DNA of 64,000 nt from the NCBI GenBank assembly GCA_010015585.1, contig ML975149.1. The stretch is one strand, 5' to 3'. This document shows positions 24,689-38,417 of this stretch, piece after piece. The notes under the pieces were generated by a model. It was given only the letters and a program-made list of their open reading frames with translations, was not told the DNA's origin and ran no database searches. The first letter of the stretch is position 1; every line of letters begins with the position of its first letter. Both the position numbers and the translations under genes were made by a program. The DNA comes from Eremomyces bilateralis CBS 781.70 (Eukaryota).

Positions 24689-26332
24689 ATGCCGCTCATC
24701 AACCTCCGGGACCTCATCGCCTGGCCTAATAACCCCGACAATGCCTCTGACACTGTCATCAATGGCATCCACTTCAACAAGACCGCCCTCGAACACTGGA
24801 ACTACACCTACTACAGCAACAACACCATCTCCAACGACTCCAATTGCTTCGTCATCTTCGACGCCTACCGCCCCACGTTCCTCTCCAACGGCTCCTGGAT
24901 CAACGGCACCACATGTTACTACCCCCTCAACTCCATCTCCACCCGCGGCTCCATTGGCATTGCCTTCGTTGCCATGTACGGCCTCGCACTGGTCTTCTCC
25001 CTCGTCGTGCTCCGCAAGCACGGGCAGCTCTACCTGCAGGAGACGAAGCGCTTCCGGGCGGTCGGGCGCCGCTGGACGTGGTATTGGATGTGCTTCACCT
25101 GCGCGTGCGCGCTGATCAGCACCGTCTCGAGCATCGATGTCGACCGGAACTATCTGCCGAAGATGCCTATCATCCTGCAGAGTTTCTTCTTCATGCTGAT
25201 GGTGCCGGGGAGTTTGGCCATGGTGTGGGAGGCAACGAGGCATTGGGGTTCTTGGCAGGAGCGGCAGGTCGTGGATCCGGATCCGTTTGCGCTTGGGCAG
25301 GATGATCGGAGGAGTAGAACAGAGTTCTACCTGCCGCTGATCTTCTACCTGTTTGCATGGCTGGTGAGTTTCCATCCCCCCCATCCCCCCCGATCTAATT
25401 CCAGACACTAATCCTGGTTGCAGAACTTCTTCATGACCATCCCCCGCTCCTGGAGCGCCATCGAAAAACAGCGCTCCGCTGACCAAACCCTTGCCGTCGC
25501 CGCCCCCTCCGGCACCGACAGCCGCTTCAAAGCCGGCTCCATCCTCGGCGGCGTCGCCTACTTCATCATCATCTACAGCCTCCACCACAGCCTCAAGCAC
25601 TACAAACCGCGCCCACCGACCCCGACCCGCTCCTTCGCCCCCTTCAAATCCATCGCCCACTTTATCGCCGCCTGCCCTACCAAGATCTTCCTCGCCCTCG
25701 TCATCCTCGCCGTCCGCATGGCCTACATCGTCGCGCAGGCCTGGGAATGGGAAATCAGCGTCTTCAACCTCTCCGTCAACCCCGCGTGGCCCTACGCGCT
25801 GGGATACGCCCCCGTGCTGCTGATCATGTTCATCTTGATCGTCGCGGGGCTGATCGAGCGGAACGAGGACGTCGTGCTGATCGAGCAGCGGCGCCGGCGC
25901 GGACGCGAGACGAACGCGATGGTGGGATATACCCCGAAGCCGCAGTGGTGGCGGTTTGGGAAGGAGAACCAGTTCATGACGGCGGAGGAGCAGCTGCGGC
26001 ATATGACGACGGAGGTGGGCGGAAGGGCGCCGACGGCGAACCGGCTCTCGCGGACGATGGAGTTGCGGAATATGCAGGGAGGGAACTTCTCGGATGGGGA
26101 TGCGAATGGGATGGAGATGGGGGTGACGGGGGGTAGTGGGATGCGGAATCGGAGTCGGAGTCGGGTGGAGGATCCATTTAGCGATCCGAGTCCTGGGACG
26201 GGGTTAACGCCGGAGCGGACGAGGAGTAATGATGCGTCGAGCGTGAGGACGGGCCAGAGTGGGATATCGGGGACGACGTTGGCAAGTGGGAACGTGAAGC
26301 CGGTGCAAGTCAGGAGTATGTTGGACATATAA
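24689..26332 (+). CDS. DUF2434-family fungal membrane protein
   Basis: DTVINGIHFNKTALEHWNYTYYSNNTISNDSNC, VGRRWTWYW, IDVDRNYL, HWGSWQERQ; intron 25364-25423; multiple TMs. Confidence 0.8.
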
Positions 26333-26521
26333 GCCATCATCCAGAGGGGCGGGAAAAAGTTATATGAAAAGTTCATGGGATATAAATAGATCTTGATGAA
26401 ATGTATGAATTTTATGTATATCAAGTACAGTCCAATGATACACATAATCAAAAGCCACATTCGGCACGCTCGAACCAATATCATCGATATCCAACGCCTT
26501 GCAATGCACCGCCATCTCCAG

Positions 26522-27254
26522 TTATGTCCCCGTCCCCGAACCCCCCATCCCCACCATCTCATACTCCCCCGCCCCATCCCTCCCCCTCCCCCTCCCCAGA
26601 AGCCCCTCCTCCACATCCACCTCCGCCGCGGCATTCTGCTCCTCCGGCCGCCGATTCGCCCCGCCGAACATGATCGGCTTTAGCTCGCGCCACTGGCAGG
26701 TCCAGATGCCTAGCCACGTCATCAAAGCGGCCGAGCAGATCTGCAGGGCCCACCAGAAGGGGGACAGCGGGATCGAGTGCGAGTAGAGAGAAGTCGCGAG
26801 GAAGTGGAGGGCGTGGAGAGTAAGGGCGAAATCGAGGATGAGTTTCGAGCGCGCTACGAGGATGAGGAGGTATATCACACTAATCTCATACGTTAGCCAT
26901 CGTTTCCGATCAACGCACCACCATCCATCCAAATAAATGCGCCAAGGCACCAGCACCAGCGCCTTCCCCCTCGCTATATCCCCGATTCCATGCACTTCAA
27001 ACTCACCTAATCAAACTATTTAGCACCCACACCAGCGCATACATCCACCCCACCGTATTATCCGCCCGCACCGTCCGCCAGTTCAGCAGCAGCTCCAACC
27101 GCAGCGGCGTCCCCGCCACCAGCGCCGTGAACACAATCAGCACCGCCGCCGACGCGTAGTAGGCGGCCTGCAGGATCACGATCTGCGTGAAGATGCGGAG
27201 GGGCGAGACGTCGGCGAGGGCGCCGGGGCGAGGGGGTCGGCGGCGGCGGGCCAT
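26522..27254 (-). CDS. SYS1: Golgi integral membrane protein Sys1
   Basis: MARRRRPPRPGALAD..PLRIFTQIVILQAAYY; VARSKLILDFALTLHALH; WTCQWRELKPI; one intron ~26881-27006. Confidence 0.9.
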
Positions 27255-27729
27255 TTTGGGGGTGGGTGTGGTGAGGTAGGTCGGTAAGTGTGTGGAGAGG
27301 TGGCTACATAGGTGAGCGGGAGAGGCGGTAGTGGTGGAGGTGGTCGAGTTGGGTGGTTGGAGTTGGTTCGAGGCTATCAAGACAGATGGGTTGTCATGGC
27401 TTCCTGGTGATCAGGTCGGCATCGGGTCGGGTCGTGTCGTGTCGGTCGTTGTATAACTCAGTATAAGGGATAAATAATCGGTAATATAAAAGAAGACAAA
27501 GGCGTTTGGGGTTCAAATTATTGGCATCGATGCAGGGGCTGCGCCACGTGACCACCAGCTATGTCATCGTCCCATTTGATATTCGAAGCTTGGGAACTTT
27601 TCCGGACCTTGAACACCCGCAAGTACGGCGATGATCTAACCCCAAGGTATAGAGACCCAATTGATGATTAATCGCCCAGGGTTTGCTAACCTCGTCCGCC
27701 CAGTTCATCCTCTTTCCACCGATCTCACC

Positions 27730-28161
27730 ATGGGCTGGTTCTCCTCCGACCCCAAAGCGAAAGACGCCGCATATGTTCCGCCCGACCGCGAGGCGCGCAA
27801 CCGCTGCTGGGAGGCCCGCGACACCTTCTACGACTGCTTGGATAAGCACAGCATCGTCAATCCGCTGGAAGATGACCGGACGAAGAATGCATGCCCGAAG
27901 GAGCTGGCGGGGTTTGAGAAGAATTGCGCGTCGAGTTGGGTTTGTCGTCCATCCAATATATCATATCTCTTCAGCTCAAATCCATGAGAACGGGGAGAAA
28001 GAGGTGAAGGGGGGCGAGAGTTTGAGGCTGACTGTATGTGCCAGGTGAAATACTTCCAGCAGAAGAGATACGCGGATTTCAGGAAAGAGGAGTCGTTGAG
28101 GAAGTTGAAGGAGCAGGGTGCGGAGTTTGTTGGAGAGTTGAGTGGGGGGCCTGGGAAGTGA
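27730..28161 (+). CDS. COA6: Cytochrome c oxidase assembly factor Coa6 (COX6B-like twin-Cys)
   Basis: MGWFSS..PDREARNRCWEARDTFYDCLDK..C..FEKNCASSW|VKYF; intron 27940-28044. Confidence 0.9.
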
Positions 28162-28532
28162 GTTGTGTAGAGGATAGTACCTGGTATCCTGTGATATGCT
28201 AACCTGGTCCAGATGATCATCCTCGGCTGGTATATACAGTTGAAGTGCTCCGATGCATGGGACGGCGTACTTGGTGATAATGTCTCAGGACGAGGATCCT
28301 TTGACGGTTTTGGCTTATTGCATACTAGGTGTACAATTTCAACTCATTTTGGTCACTTCAGTTTCACATTTCTCCCTACCGCCGGTTTGGTGATTGATCG
28401 GTGTCATTGTGGTACAAACCACGGACTGCTTCAAAGACACTATGCCTAACAATATGCGATGCAACATATCCATGCTCGTTCTAGTCCTCTCTTGTCCTCT
28501 AGTCGTTTTAATTTTTGAGCTTGCCATATTCG

Positions 28533-29478
28533 TCACCGGTAGCTCGTCGGATGCGTCCGTTCAGGAGCCAGCTCCTTCTCAAACACCGCCAAATCCGACA
28601 ACCCCCCTTTCCTCTCCTTCACCGCGTCCTCATTGTCGATGGCGAACACGATATTATCAAACACCCCGTCGAATTCCTCGTCGTTGAACAACAGCTGCTT
28701 CCACATCCGGGCCAGCTCCTCCACCGGGTTCCGGAACGTCGCGCCCGCGCCAAACGTCCCCAGGCAGATGTCCTTGTGCCCGTAGTGCGCCGCGATGCGT
28801 AGCACCGTGCGCATCTTCTCCAGCATGAGGTCTTTCTCTTGCTCAAAGGAGTACTGCGTGCCGGTCTCGTCCAGCCGGGGACGGCGAACCGGGGCGACGG
28901 AGATGACTGGCAGCATCTGGGGGTGGGACCAGGGGGTGTACTGATCCGGGCCGTTGCGGAATACCACTGACATGGTTAGCGGGCCTGTTGCGGGTTGGGG
29001 AAGTCCGTCCGATGCACTCACTGATAGATGGGCTGTATAGCCCTCCTCGGGGCGGTATGGGGTAGTGTTTCGATTCGGCGCCATGACCCGACCACGCTGT
29101 CACCAGGGCCTTCACCAGATTACTCCGTCTCGCCAAGCACTCCTCCGGCGCCATGATTCCGCTCTCCCAATCTCCGCCGGGCCGTCTCTCGTTGGCAGTA
29201 TTTATCACCGGGATCAGACTGGCCTGCTTGCCTTTGAGCGCTTCTTGGGCGGCATTATGTTGATACAGCACCAGTGCTGCGTCAACCGGGTCGCCATCGA
29301 CCACCGCGATGGAAAGGTTCCAGTGATTCCGCTTGCTGGGCGACACGGCGAAGGTCGCGCCGTCGGAGATGAAAAAGGAACGTGCAGGGTATTGGTCAAA
29401 GTGGGCGTTGAGCCAAGGAATGTAATGCTTCTTCGCTTCGGCCGCGATTTCGGACGGCTTGGGGCGTGAGTGAGGCAT
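28533..29478 (-). CDS. DUF2263/TIGR02452 microbial-type PARG-like macrodomain protein
   Basis: NTANERRPGGDWESGIMAPEECLARRSNL, GLYSP..VFR, ISVAPV, KMRTVLRIAA, LGTFGAG..FRNP, IVFAI; intron 28969-29021. Confidence 0.82.
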
Positions 29479-30829
29479 TTTGGAGAAGAAGGGAAAAATG
29501 TGGTCCAGTCAACTCAATTGACTAAAGGGGACACCGGGTCGTGGAGACAGGAAGGGAACAATCATCGATCAACTTGGACTGGTAAATGATCGCCGAATCA
29601 ATCGGGATAAGCGATCGACATTTATATCTGAGACTCGATCTCAAACAATGTACGACGGACTGCATCATCTACTGCTCTACGATCTCCTAGCACAACTCGA
29701 GGAAGCAAGGACTCTAAAAATCTCGCGGGATCCACGCTGCGGTGTTCCTACATATCGGTATACGGTATGCGGTATCGATCGGCCCCCCGCATCCGATCAG
29801 GTTTTGAAACGGACCTGTCGTTTGACTGTGGGGCATTGTTGCTCTTAGGATTGTGGTCGTGAGGTTAGAGGACGAGAACTCGATAAGCGCATAACGCCAT
29901 GCTGTTAAGTGTCGAGCCTGTGACTAGAAAGCGATGGCAAATAGCACACGTACCTGGTTTCTCAGTCCTCACCTCTCACCCCGACGAGAGTCGACGAGAG
30001 CTTTGAGTTTCAGGTTCCATGGGCGAGGAGTGGTCCGATGAGGAATTCCGGATACCAGCTGGGATGAAACAAAAGCGATTGATCTCGACGACGGCACGCA
30101 GGGTATACACACGAAGTACTTCACAGGGCGTCGCGTTACACACGATGTGACGCTAGGCATTTCGCGATCACATCGACGGTCGACTCCGATGAGCGCCCAC
30201 ACGCGTGTGTAGCATTCCACAGTCTCATCTGGTTCCCAGCTCTTGACGTAAAGGTACCCCTCTTAAGCTCTCGCGGAATTGGAGTCCGAAGGGGTCGTTT
30301 ACGGTGTCATTTACGGTGTCATTAAGAAGGTCACGTACAGTTCAAGCAGTCGGACATGTACTCGCATTCTGTGGAAATCTATGAGAGGGGGAGAGGGGAG
30401 AAAGGTCACGATCGAATTAAAGTGGCGTATCGATCGTGCGGCTAAGCGGTGGATAGCAGATGGGTAATAGGGTATACCACGGTGGGATACCAGCTGCGAG
30501 CATGTGTAGCCATCTGAATCAAAGGGTCGTGTAAGGACTTGATAGTTGGATTTCGAAAAAGAATCTTCTTTGCTTTCATTCGAACGACGTGCATCTCCAG
30601 TGTAACGGCCAAGGCGGGCCGACGATCCCATAGAATCCTTTGGATGACTCCGATCCCTGCGCCGATATTCAACTTCATGTCTTCAACTTCTTAGAGTATT
30701 ACAATTTATTTGCACTGTGGTCCTTCTTGAAATCCATACTCTCGCTTTGTACCTGGACTCGGTACAGGTACGGTACCTTACTTTGCTCTCCATATTTGTG
30801 TTTCCCCTTGCGGCCTCTTGTCCTCCATT

Positions 30830-32633
30830 ATGCGACCATGGAGACTATGTCGCCAGTCCATCCGACATGACAGCTCACCCTCCACGAACCTGCGCCGTTC
30901 CCGATCCTTCTATCATCATAACATCCCCGTCTCTCTACCGAGATCCTCGTCCAGGGCTACCTCGACCACGCCCCTTCCCCAATTGCGATCGGTCCTGCGC
31001 GCGTCGACCGCTTCCACCAGCTCCACAACAGCGCCCACCCCCGGCTCGATCGTGACCATCCATGGCTTTGTCCGATCGGTGCGCCGACAGAAGCGCATCG
31101 CCTTTGCGGCCATTGGCGATGGATCGTCGCTCGAACCGTTGCAAGTGGTCCTACAGCCTGAACATGCGGAAGAGTAAGCCCAGGGAATGACGACAGCTCC
31201 GAAATCATGCAGTATTTGTAACGACGGGCTTGTGATAGGCTTTCGAATGGGACAGCCGTTACCGTGACTGGCAAGTGGGAGGCGTGCCCGCCTGGGAAGA
31301 AGCAGTCCTATGAGCTACATGCGACGCATTTGAAGGTGCTGGGGCAGAATGATGCGACGGTTGGTGATTCCGGACTTCTGTTTGCGCGACAACTTGCTGA
31401 TTGACGCCCGTTCCGGAAATCCAGGCATCCCCCATTCAGAAGAAATATCAGACGTCGGAGTTCCTCCGCACACTACCACATCTACGCCCTCGTATCCCAT
31501 TCAACTCGATACTGTTGCACCTCCGATCGCAAGCGATCTCCTCCATTACCACCTACTTCAACCGCCACGGTTTCGTCCAGACGCACACTCCCCTGATCAC
31601 CTCGTCCGACTGCGAAGGCGCCGGCGAAGCTTTCACCGTGACCACTGAACCCCCACCCCCCGCACTCTCGTCCTCCCCCCCTCACCCCACCCCGCCTCCC
31701 GACCCCTTCTTCCGCACCCCCAAGTACCTCACCGTCTCCTCCCAACTCCACCTCGAAGCCTACGCCCAAGCCGTTGGCCGCGCCTGGACCCTCTCCCCCG
31801 CCTTCCGCGCCGAAAAAAGCGATACCCCCCGACATCTTAGCGAATTCTACATGCTCGAAGCCGAGCTCTGCTTCGTTGATGACCTCTCCCAGATTATGGA
31901 CGTCGTCGAGCACCTGCTGCGCGACCTCGCACGCACCCTTCTCGCCTCAGATCTGGCGCACGACTTGATCGAGGGCGCACGCATCCGTGCGCAGGAGCAC
32001 GGGGATGCCGGGCCGAGCGCCCACGACGCGAAAGTGGTGGGGGCGACGGCGTTACGTGCGCGGTGGGACGGGCTGGTCGCCGCGGACTGGCCGCGCATCA
32101 CGTACGCGGAGGCGGTCGAGCACCTTCGATCGGCAGTGGCGGAGGGCGCGGTGGAATTCGAGCATGCACCGGAGTTTGAGGGGGGGTTGCAGGCGGAGCA
32201 TGAGCGGTACGTCGCGAGCTCGATTGGGCGAGGGGGCCCGGTGTTCGTGACGGACTATCCGCGGGCGATGAAGCCGTTCTACATGGCGCCGAGTGAGGGC
32301 GGCGAGCAGGAGCTGGGCAGAGAGGGGAGGGAGACGGTGGCGTGCTTTGATTTGCTGGTGCCGGATATCTGTGAGTTGGTGGGGGGGTCGATGAGGGAGC
32401 ATCGGCTAGAGCCGTTGTTGGAGAATATGCGGAGGCAGGGATTGATGCCGGCGGGTGGCGAGCCGGGGGAGGGAAATGCGTTGGATTGGTATGTGGATTT
32501 GCGGCAGTATGGGAGTTTGCCGCATGGTGGGTTTGGGTTGGGGTTTGATAGACTCCTAGGCTATTTGGCTGGGGTCTCTAATATTCGAGACGTGGTGGGA
32601 TTCCCGAGATGGTACGGTAGGTGTGACTGTTAG
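30830..32633 (+). CDS. SLM5: Mitochondrial asparaginyl-tRNA synthetase
   Basis: Arg/Ser-rich presequence; OB fold; TPLITSSDCEGAGE, YLTVSSQLHLE, FRAEKS, MKPFYM, ELVGGSMRE, PHGGFGLGFDRL; 2 introns. Confidence 0.95.
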
Positions 32634-32753
32634 GTCATGTACACATGAATTGTAGACATATAGACTGTACTTCTAGGCTGTATGATAGATGACTCAACTG
32701 AAGGCTGAGCTAGTTGGATGTATGAACTCCCAATGGTCCACATTATGCTTGAG

Positions 32754-34372
32754 TTATGAACCTTCAGCATTTTGCCACGCCTGGTACACCTCCTCCAAGG
32801 CCTCTGCAATAACATTCGCATCCCTCTCTTCGTCCGCCTGCCAATTCGACACCGCAATCCGCGACGCCGGCTGACCCTCCCACACGGTCCCCGAAACATA
32901 GATCTTCTTCCGCCGGTTGATCGCTTTCACCAGCGACGCATTCAGCACCTCGTCTTTCGCCCGGAACAGCACCACCATGTACGTGTGCTGATCGATGTGG
33001 TCTTGGTGCCAATCCGGGAGCAACTCATACCCCGGATGTTGGCGAATATAATGCGCGGTCCTTCTTGCCAGGCGGATTTGCTGCTGCAGAAACGTCCGGA
33101 AACCATCGCGGCCGTATGCGATTAAATTCGCGTACATTGGCAACGCACGGAATCGTCGAGAGTTCTCGATCCCGATGTTCAAAGGGGACGGGATGTCGGA
33201 CGCATCGGTTTGGAGGTAGGCGGCCCCGGCGTTCTGGAACACGTCCATGCCTTCGGCTTTCCGGGACAAGAAGATGCCACAGTCATAAGGCTACGAAGTG
33301 TTAACCCTCGCTCCAGGTTGAGTAAGCTGGATATGACTTACTACGTTCAGCAGCTTGTGTCCATCGCCAGTGATGGAATGGGCGTGTTCAAGGCCATCAC
33401 TCCCGTCGATGATGCTCTTGAACTCCCCGTTGGTGTCAGGGGCTAATATCCTTGCCATGAAGCCAAAGGCTACAGGAAGTCAGCTCGATTCGTCGCCTAT
33501 CAGTGATACCACTCACCCGCGTCAACATGGATCCATGCCTTATACCTCCTACACAACCCCGCCAGCCGCTCCATATCGCCCCTCCCGGCAGCGAAGAACC
33601 CCGTATTCACTTCTGAACAAGACACCGCAACAATCGAGCCCACTCCCGGTCTTTTGAGCTCTTCTTCCAGCTTCTCGAAATCGATCAAGTGCGGCCGATC
33701 GGACCGGTTCACGAGCGTCACTGAATCTCGTCCTAGCCCGACAATACTCGCCGCTTTCCCCAGCGACGAATGCGGCACGGTCGTCAAGACCTGGATCTCA
33801 TCCAGCCCGGCAGCGTTCATCGCTCGCACAAGCCCCATCTTCGCTACGGAAGTCGTCGTCCCTGCAGTCGCCTTGCCATGCCAGCGAACGACACCCTCCC
33901 GCCCACACGCGAGCCCCATCACATTACTCGCCGTCGCCCCCGTCGTGAACGTCCGATGCGCCCAGTCCCTCTCCTCCAAGTCGAGCAGCTGACATAGCAT
34001 CCGCAGCGCCCGGTCCTCGATCTCAGTGACGATGGATTCGTTGGGCAGATGGACCTGGACGGAGTTGTCGAAGGCCGAGACGACATTGTCGGCGACGGCG
34101 GCGATGGGGGTGCTGCCGCCGGTGACGAAACCGTAGTAGTGAGGGGAGAGGCTGGCGAGGTTGAGGCCTGGGATGACGGCGTGCTCGAGGTGGGAAACGG
34201 TGGCGGGGAAGCCGAGGCCGGTGGTGGGGAGGGTGGCGATGCGGTTGTTGCGGGTTTGGAGGAGAGATACTTCGCTTGGAAGTGTGTTGGTCTCCTCCTG
34301 TCGTCGAGTGTCATAATACGCCCTAGTCGCTGCATCGAGCTTGATGCTCTGCTCGAGGATGTTGTGTGCCAT
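32754..34372 (-). CDS. Group II PLP-dependent decarboxylase
   Basis: YYGFVTGG, FTTGATASN, HSSLGKAA, WIHVDA|AFG, SITGDGHKLLNV|PYDCG (PLP lysine), ENSRRFRALP; 2 introns. Confidence 0.92.
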
Positions 34373-35025
34373 TTTCTGTTCAATTCTTCGCTCTTTCTCT
34401 ATAATGATCCGACAATGCGGAATGAACCAGAGGAATTGTTTAATCTTGCATTGCAAATGGCGTGACAGAGGACTAAATGGAGTAGCATTGCTGTGGAGTC
34501 ATATGCCTGGTTATGTTACATACCTTAATGGCGCTGGTCTTCAACTAGCCTTTGAGAAGCGAAGCGCCCGATCAGTAAAGGGAGGGAGACTTAGACTTAC
34601 TATTCGAATATTACATCTCTCATATCTATAATTTTAGCTTTCTGAATGATCGAGATAGAACACGAAGAGGGGTGCAATATAAATTTAAGGACAAGATAGT
34701 TCCACACCGGAAGCTTAATGCGGACAAGGGGTGAGACAGGACGAAATACGCCGATTGGGATGCTTACTGACTTTGCATTCAATACATAAACCAGCCATTT
34801 AACTCAACAATTTCCCCTCCGCCATACAAGAGTCGGTCTACCAAGTTCAAAACCCCAATTGACCTCGAACTCCTAACCGCGGGTCCGGGATTCATTTCGT
34901 GGAACGAGACCAAACTCAGAGAGCCGAGACCCTTTCGACCACCACCGTACCGCGGGGCGCTTACTCCCACCCCACCCATACCCTGACGACCGCGATTCGG
35001 CACTTCGACAGCGTGATTCCTCACC

Positions 35026-36375
35026 ATGTCCTGGGGGGATGACCGGAATGGCCAGGGGCCGATGAAATCGTCTCCGCAGGCGCAGATTCAACCGTGCCGA
35101 TACAAGACGGGGAAGACGCTGGGGGCGGGGTCGTATTCGGTGGTGAAAGAGTGCGTGCACATCGATACGGGACGATACTATGCGGCAAAGGTGATCAATA
35201 AGAGGTTGATGGCGGGGCGAGAACATATGGTAGGTTCGCTGCTACTCAGGAAGGATGGGGAATTGACCAGAGGCTAGGTGAGGAACGAGATTGCGGTGCT
35301 CAAACGCGTATCGATGGGCCACAGGAACATTTTGACGCTGGTGGATTACTTTGAGACGATGAACAACCGTATGGATGTCCTGAACTACTATAGAAATTTT
35401 TGCTGACAGTGCATGCGTAGTATATCTCGTAACAGATCTCGCGCTCGGAGGCGAGCTATTCGATCGCATCTGTCGGAAAGGAAGCTACTACGAATCGGAC
35501 GCCGCCGATCTGATGCGGGCAACCTTGTCGGCCGTCGCATACCTTCATGACCATGGGATCGTACATCGAGACCTGAAGCCGGAGAACTTACTCTTCCGAA
35601 CGCCCGAGGACAATGCAGATTTGCTAATTGCGGACTTTGGGCTTTCGCGGATCATGGACGAGGAGCAGTTCCATGTCCTGACCACCACGTGCGGTACACC
35701 TGGATATATGGCACCGGAAATCTTCATGAAGACCGGCCATGGAAAACCAGTGTAAGTTACCGCCTCCATAGCCAACTTTCAAGCCCCACTAACAACCCCA
35801 GCGATATCTGGGCCATCGGCGTCATCTCTTACTTCCTCCTCTGCGGCTACACCCCCTTCGACCGCGACTCCAACCTCGAAGAAATGCAAGCCATCCTCGC
35901 CGCCGACTTCTCCTTCGAGCCCATCGAGCACTGGCGCGGCGTTTCCGAGACCGCCCGCAGCTTCATCCGCCGCTGCCTCACCGTCGACCCCAGCAAACGC
36001 ATGACCGCGCAGGAGGCGCTCTCCCACCCATGGATCTCGGGCGACGCACGGCAAACGGACACGGACCTGCTGCCGGTGGTCAAGAAGAACTTCAATGCGC
36101 GGCGCACGCTGCACGCGGCGATCGACACGATCCGGGCAATCAATCAGCTACGGGCGGGCCAGGGGGCGGCGATGATGGACGGGGCGTTGAGCAAGGATCC
36201 GACGCCGGCGGCAAAGGTGCCGATGCCGCAGGAGGAGGAGGTGAATGCGGAGGAGGCGGTGATGGATAGTCGGGGGAATGCGCGGGGACAGACGGAGGAG
36301 ATGATTCGGGAGCAGGAGAGGAGGATTAGGGAGACGCAGGTGGGATTGTGGGGTCGGACGGGGGGAGGTACTTGA
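35026..36375 (+). CDS. cmkB: Ca2+/calmodulin-dependent protein kinase, CmkB-type
   Basis: QPCRYKTGKTLGAGSYSVVKEC, HRDLKPEN, DFGL, TTCGTPGYMAPE, CaM-binding FNARRTLHAAIDTIRAIN; 3 introns; start 35026 or 35062. Confidence 0.93.
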
Positions 36376-37214
36376 GGATGGGGGGTGGCAGGATGATGAT
36401 TGGAATTAGCATTGGCAGTGGGATCATGGTTGATTGAGCGATGGAATTGGCTCGTTATGCATATGCGAAGCAATGTGGTGGGATAGGGAAATGGCTTTCA
36501 TCAGTTTCATGAGAATGGACAGTATTTATATGGCTTCAGTCGTGACGTCACCCGATATGTGATATATGTGATGCCCAACTTCCCGCAGATCGTATACAAG
36601 CAAATAATAATGATAATGATTGAAATGTGATATCACGTTAGGCTACCGACAGTTGAGATTCCAAGAACACGAATTAGTAGTAAAAATGAAGTCATGCACT
36701 ACCAAGCTCCGATCGATCTCACTTGTCACTTCAGCCTTCCCCAGCTTTCTCCAGCTCCACGATGACCTCTCTCCACTCTCCAGCTTGAGCTGTACATAAA
36801 CAGGTTCAACTGCAGACAGAAGATCATCCCAATTAACCTCCCTGTACACAACCTACCCCTCCACCATCTGTTCATCCCTCAGGTTTCATAACACCAACCA
36901 TCGGTTTGCATGTAAGATACCCGTTATCCGTATCAACCTGGTCCAACGACAGAGGCAGTGCACTTAACACAACCATCTCCCCCCAGCCATTAGCATCTTC
37001 ACCATGAAGCTGCCCGCGCCTTAGCGTTATATTCCAGGCTCTTATCACAGCCCTGATCACGGCCGATCAAGCCCTACGGACGGGCATAATAACTTCCCCT
37101 CTCGAGCTACTTCCATAAGTATTATTCGCCCCCAACTGACCACCTGCTTCCTGGACTCGTTGGTAATCGATGAAGTAAACAAAAGTGCCTCCCTCTCTCC
37201 CTCCCGACGACATC

Positions 37215-38417
37215 ATGGTCAGCCGCAGACTTAACCACCTCTCCCGCTATGAGGCCTTGCTACTGATAGCTACCTGCCCCATCTGGTGCCCGATCGCCTG
37301 CTTCATCATCCTGCTCGATCGAGACCCCCCCGCTGAAGCCATGGAAGATAAGCTGGAGCTGGTAAGGCAGAAGCGATGCGGGACACGGACGCCCAAGAAG
37401 CTTCCGCCGAGGAGGAAACGAGAGCTATCGCAGCCTCCACCTTTGCAGAGGGAGTATCTGAGCGAAGAGCAGGTTGACGAGCCCGTTCAGGTGGTCAATG
37501 AGAAGACTGGGGTAAAAGAGGAAGGAATCGAAGTGAAGTTAACTCAACTGGTATCCAAGATTCATCCCAAGAAAAAGCCGGATCTGGCGATGTCTAGCCA
37601 ACAGCAGTCCATGCTGCTCTCGAAGCTGCCAGCCGAGTTACGGGAGATGATCTGGAACGAGGTGATAGGAGACCATGTCCTGCACATCAACCACGACTGG
37701 CTTAAATCGACCAGAAGGTTCGAACCATTGCGCACGCGAGATAAGAAGCGACTGTTCTATGGCACCTGGCATGATCACGACTCCTTAAGATTCCCTGCCG
37801 GCTATCGCCAGCGTTTCTGGCTCCATGGATTTCTCTCCCTAAATGAGGTCATCTTATCCTTCAGCTCGGCACGGATCCTCTCACTCCCACTAACCTGCCG
37901 ACAAATGTAAGCTCTGATCCTCCCCATATCCTTCCGCCGCGGTTGGCTAACCACTCACAGCTACATGGAATGCATCCACCTCCTCTACCAACGCAACTTC
38001 TTCTCCTTCCGCCACCTCTTCCAACTCACCTACTTCAAATCCGCTGTTCTTCCCCACCGCCTCTCCCAAATCCGCTACCTCCGCCTCCAATGGCGCATTC
38101 CCGTCAACATCTTCCAAGACTATGTCCCTACCAAATGGCAGCGCCCCCCCTGGAACCGCCGCACCTGGGAGAAGGCCATCGACACCCTCGTCGCCATGAA
38201 GGGACTACGCGAGTTGATTGTCATCATCAGTTGCACATTCGACGACGAGGCATCCACGGGGGAGCTGTTGACGAGTTTGAGTCGCGTGCGGTTGGGCGAG
38301 AGGGGGAAGTATACGGTGGGTGTGTCGTGGAAGGAAAACGCTATGGATCGGCATCTGCTGTATCACGGTCTCCCGTTCAGGCTGGTGAGAAAGGGGGATG
38401 CGGACTGGGATGCGTGA
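37215..38417 (+). CDS. Hypothetical protein with F-box-like motif (DUF7730-like)
   Basis: QQQSMLLSKLPAELREMIWNEVIG; LSLPLTCRQI|YMECIHLLYQRNFF; intron ~37907-37960. Confidence 0.7.

Noticed and set aside
22142..26002. Long minus-strand ORFs (423, 310 and 468 aa)
   Set aside because: Largely antisense to acrB and DUF2434 in GC-skewed sequence; low complexity
32660..32712. U3 snoRNA-like start (agactgtacttctagg)
   Set aside because: Box A/B/C/D elements are absent; lies in the 3' UTR zone between convergent genes
14973..34372. Secondary-metabolite cluster (methyltransferase, thioesterase, decarboxylase)
   Set aside because: No backbone enzyme (PKS/NRPS/terpene cyclase); genes are dispersed among housekeeping genes
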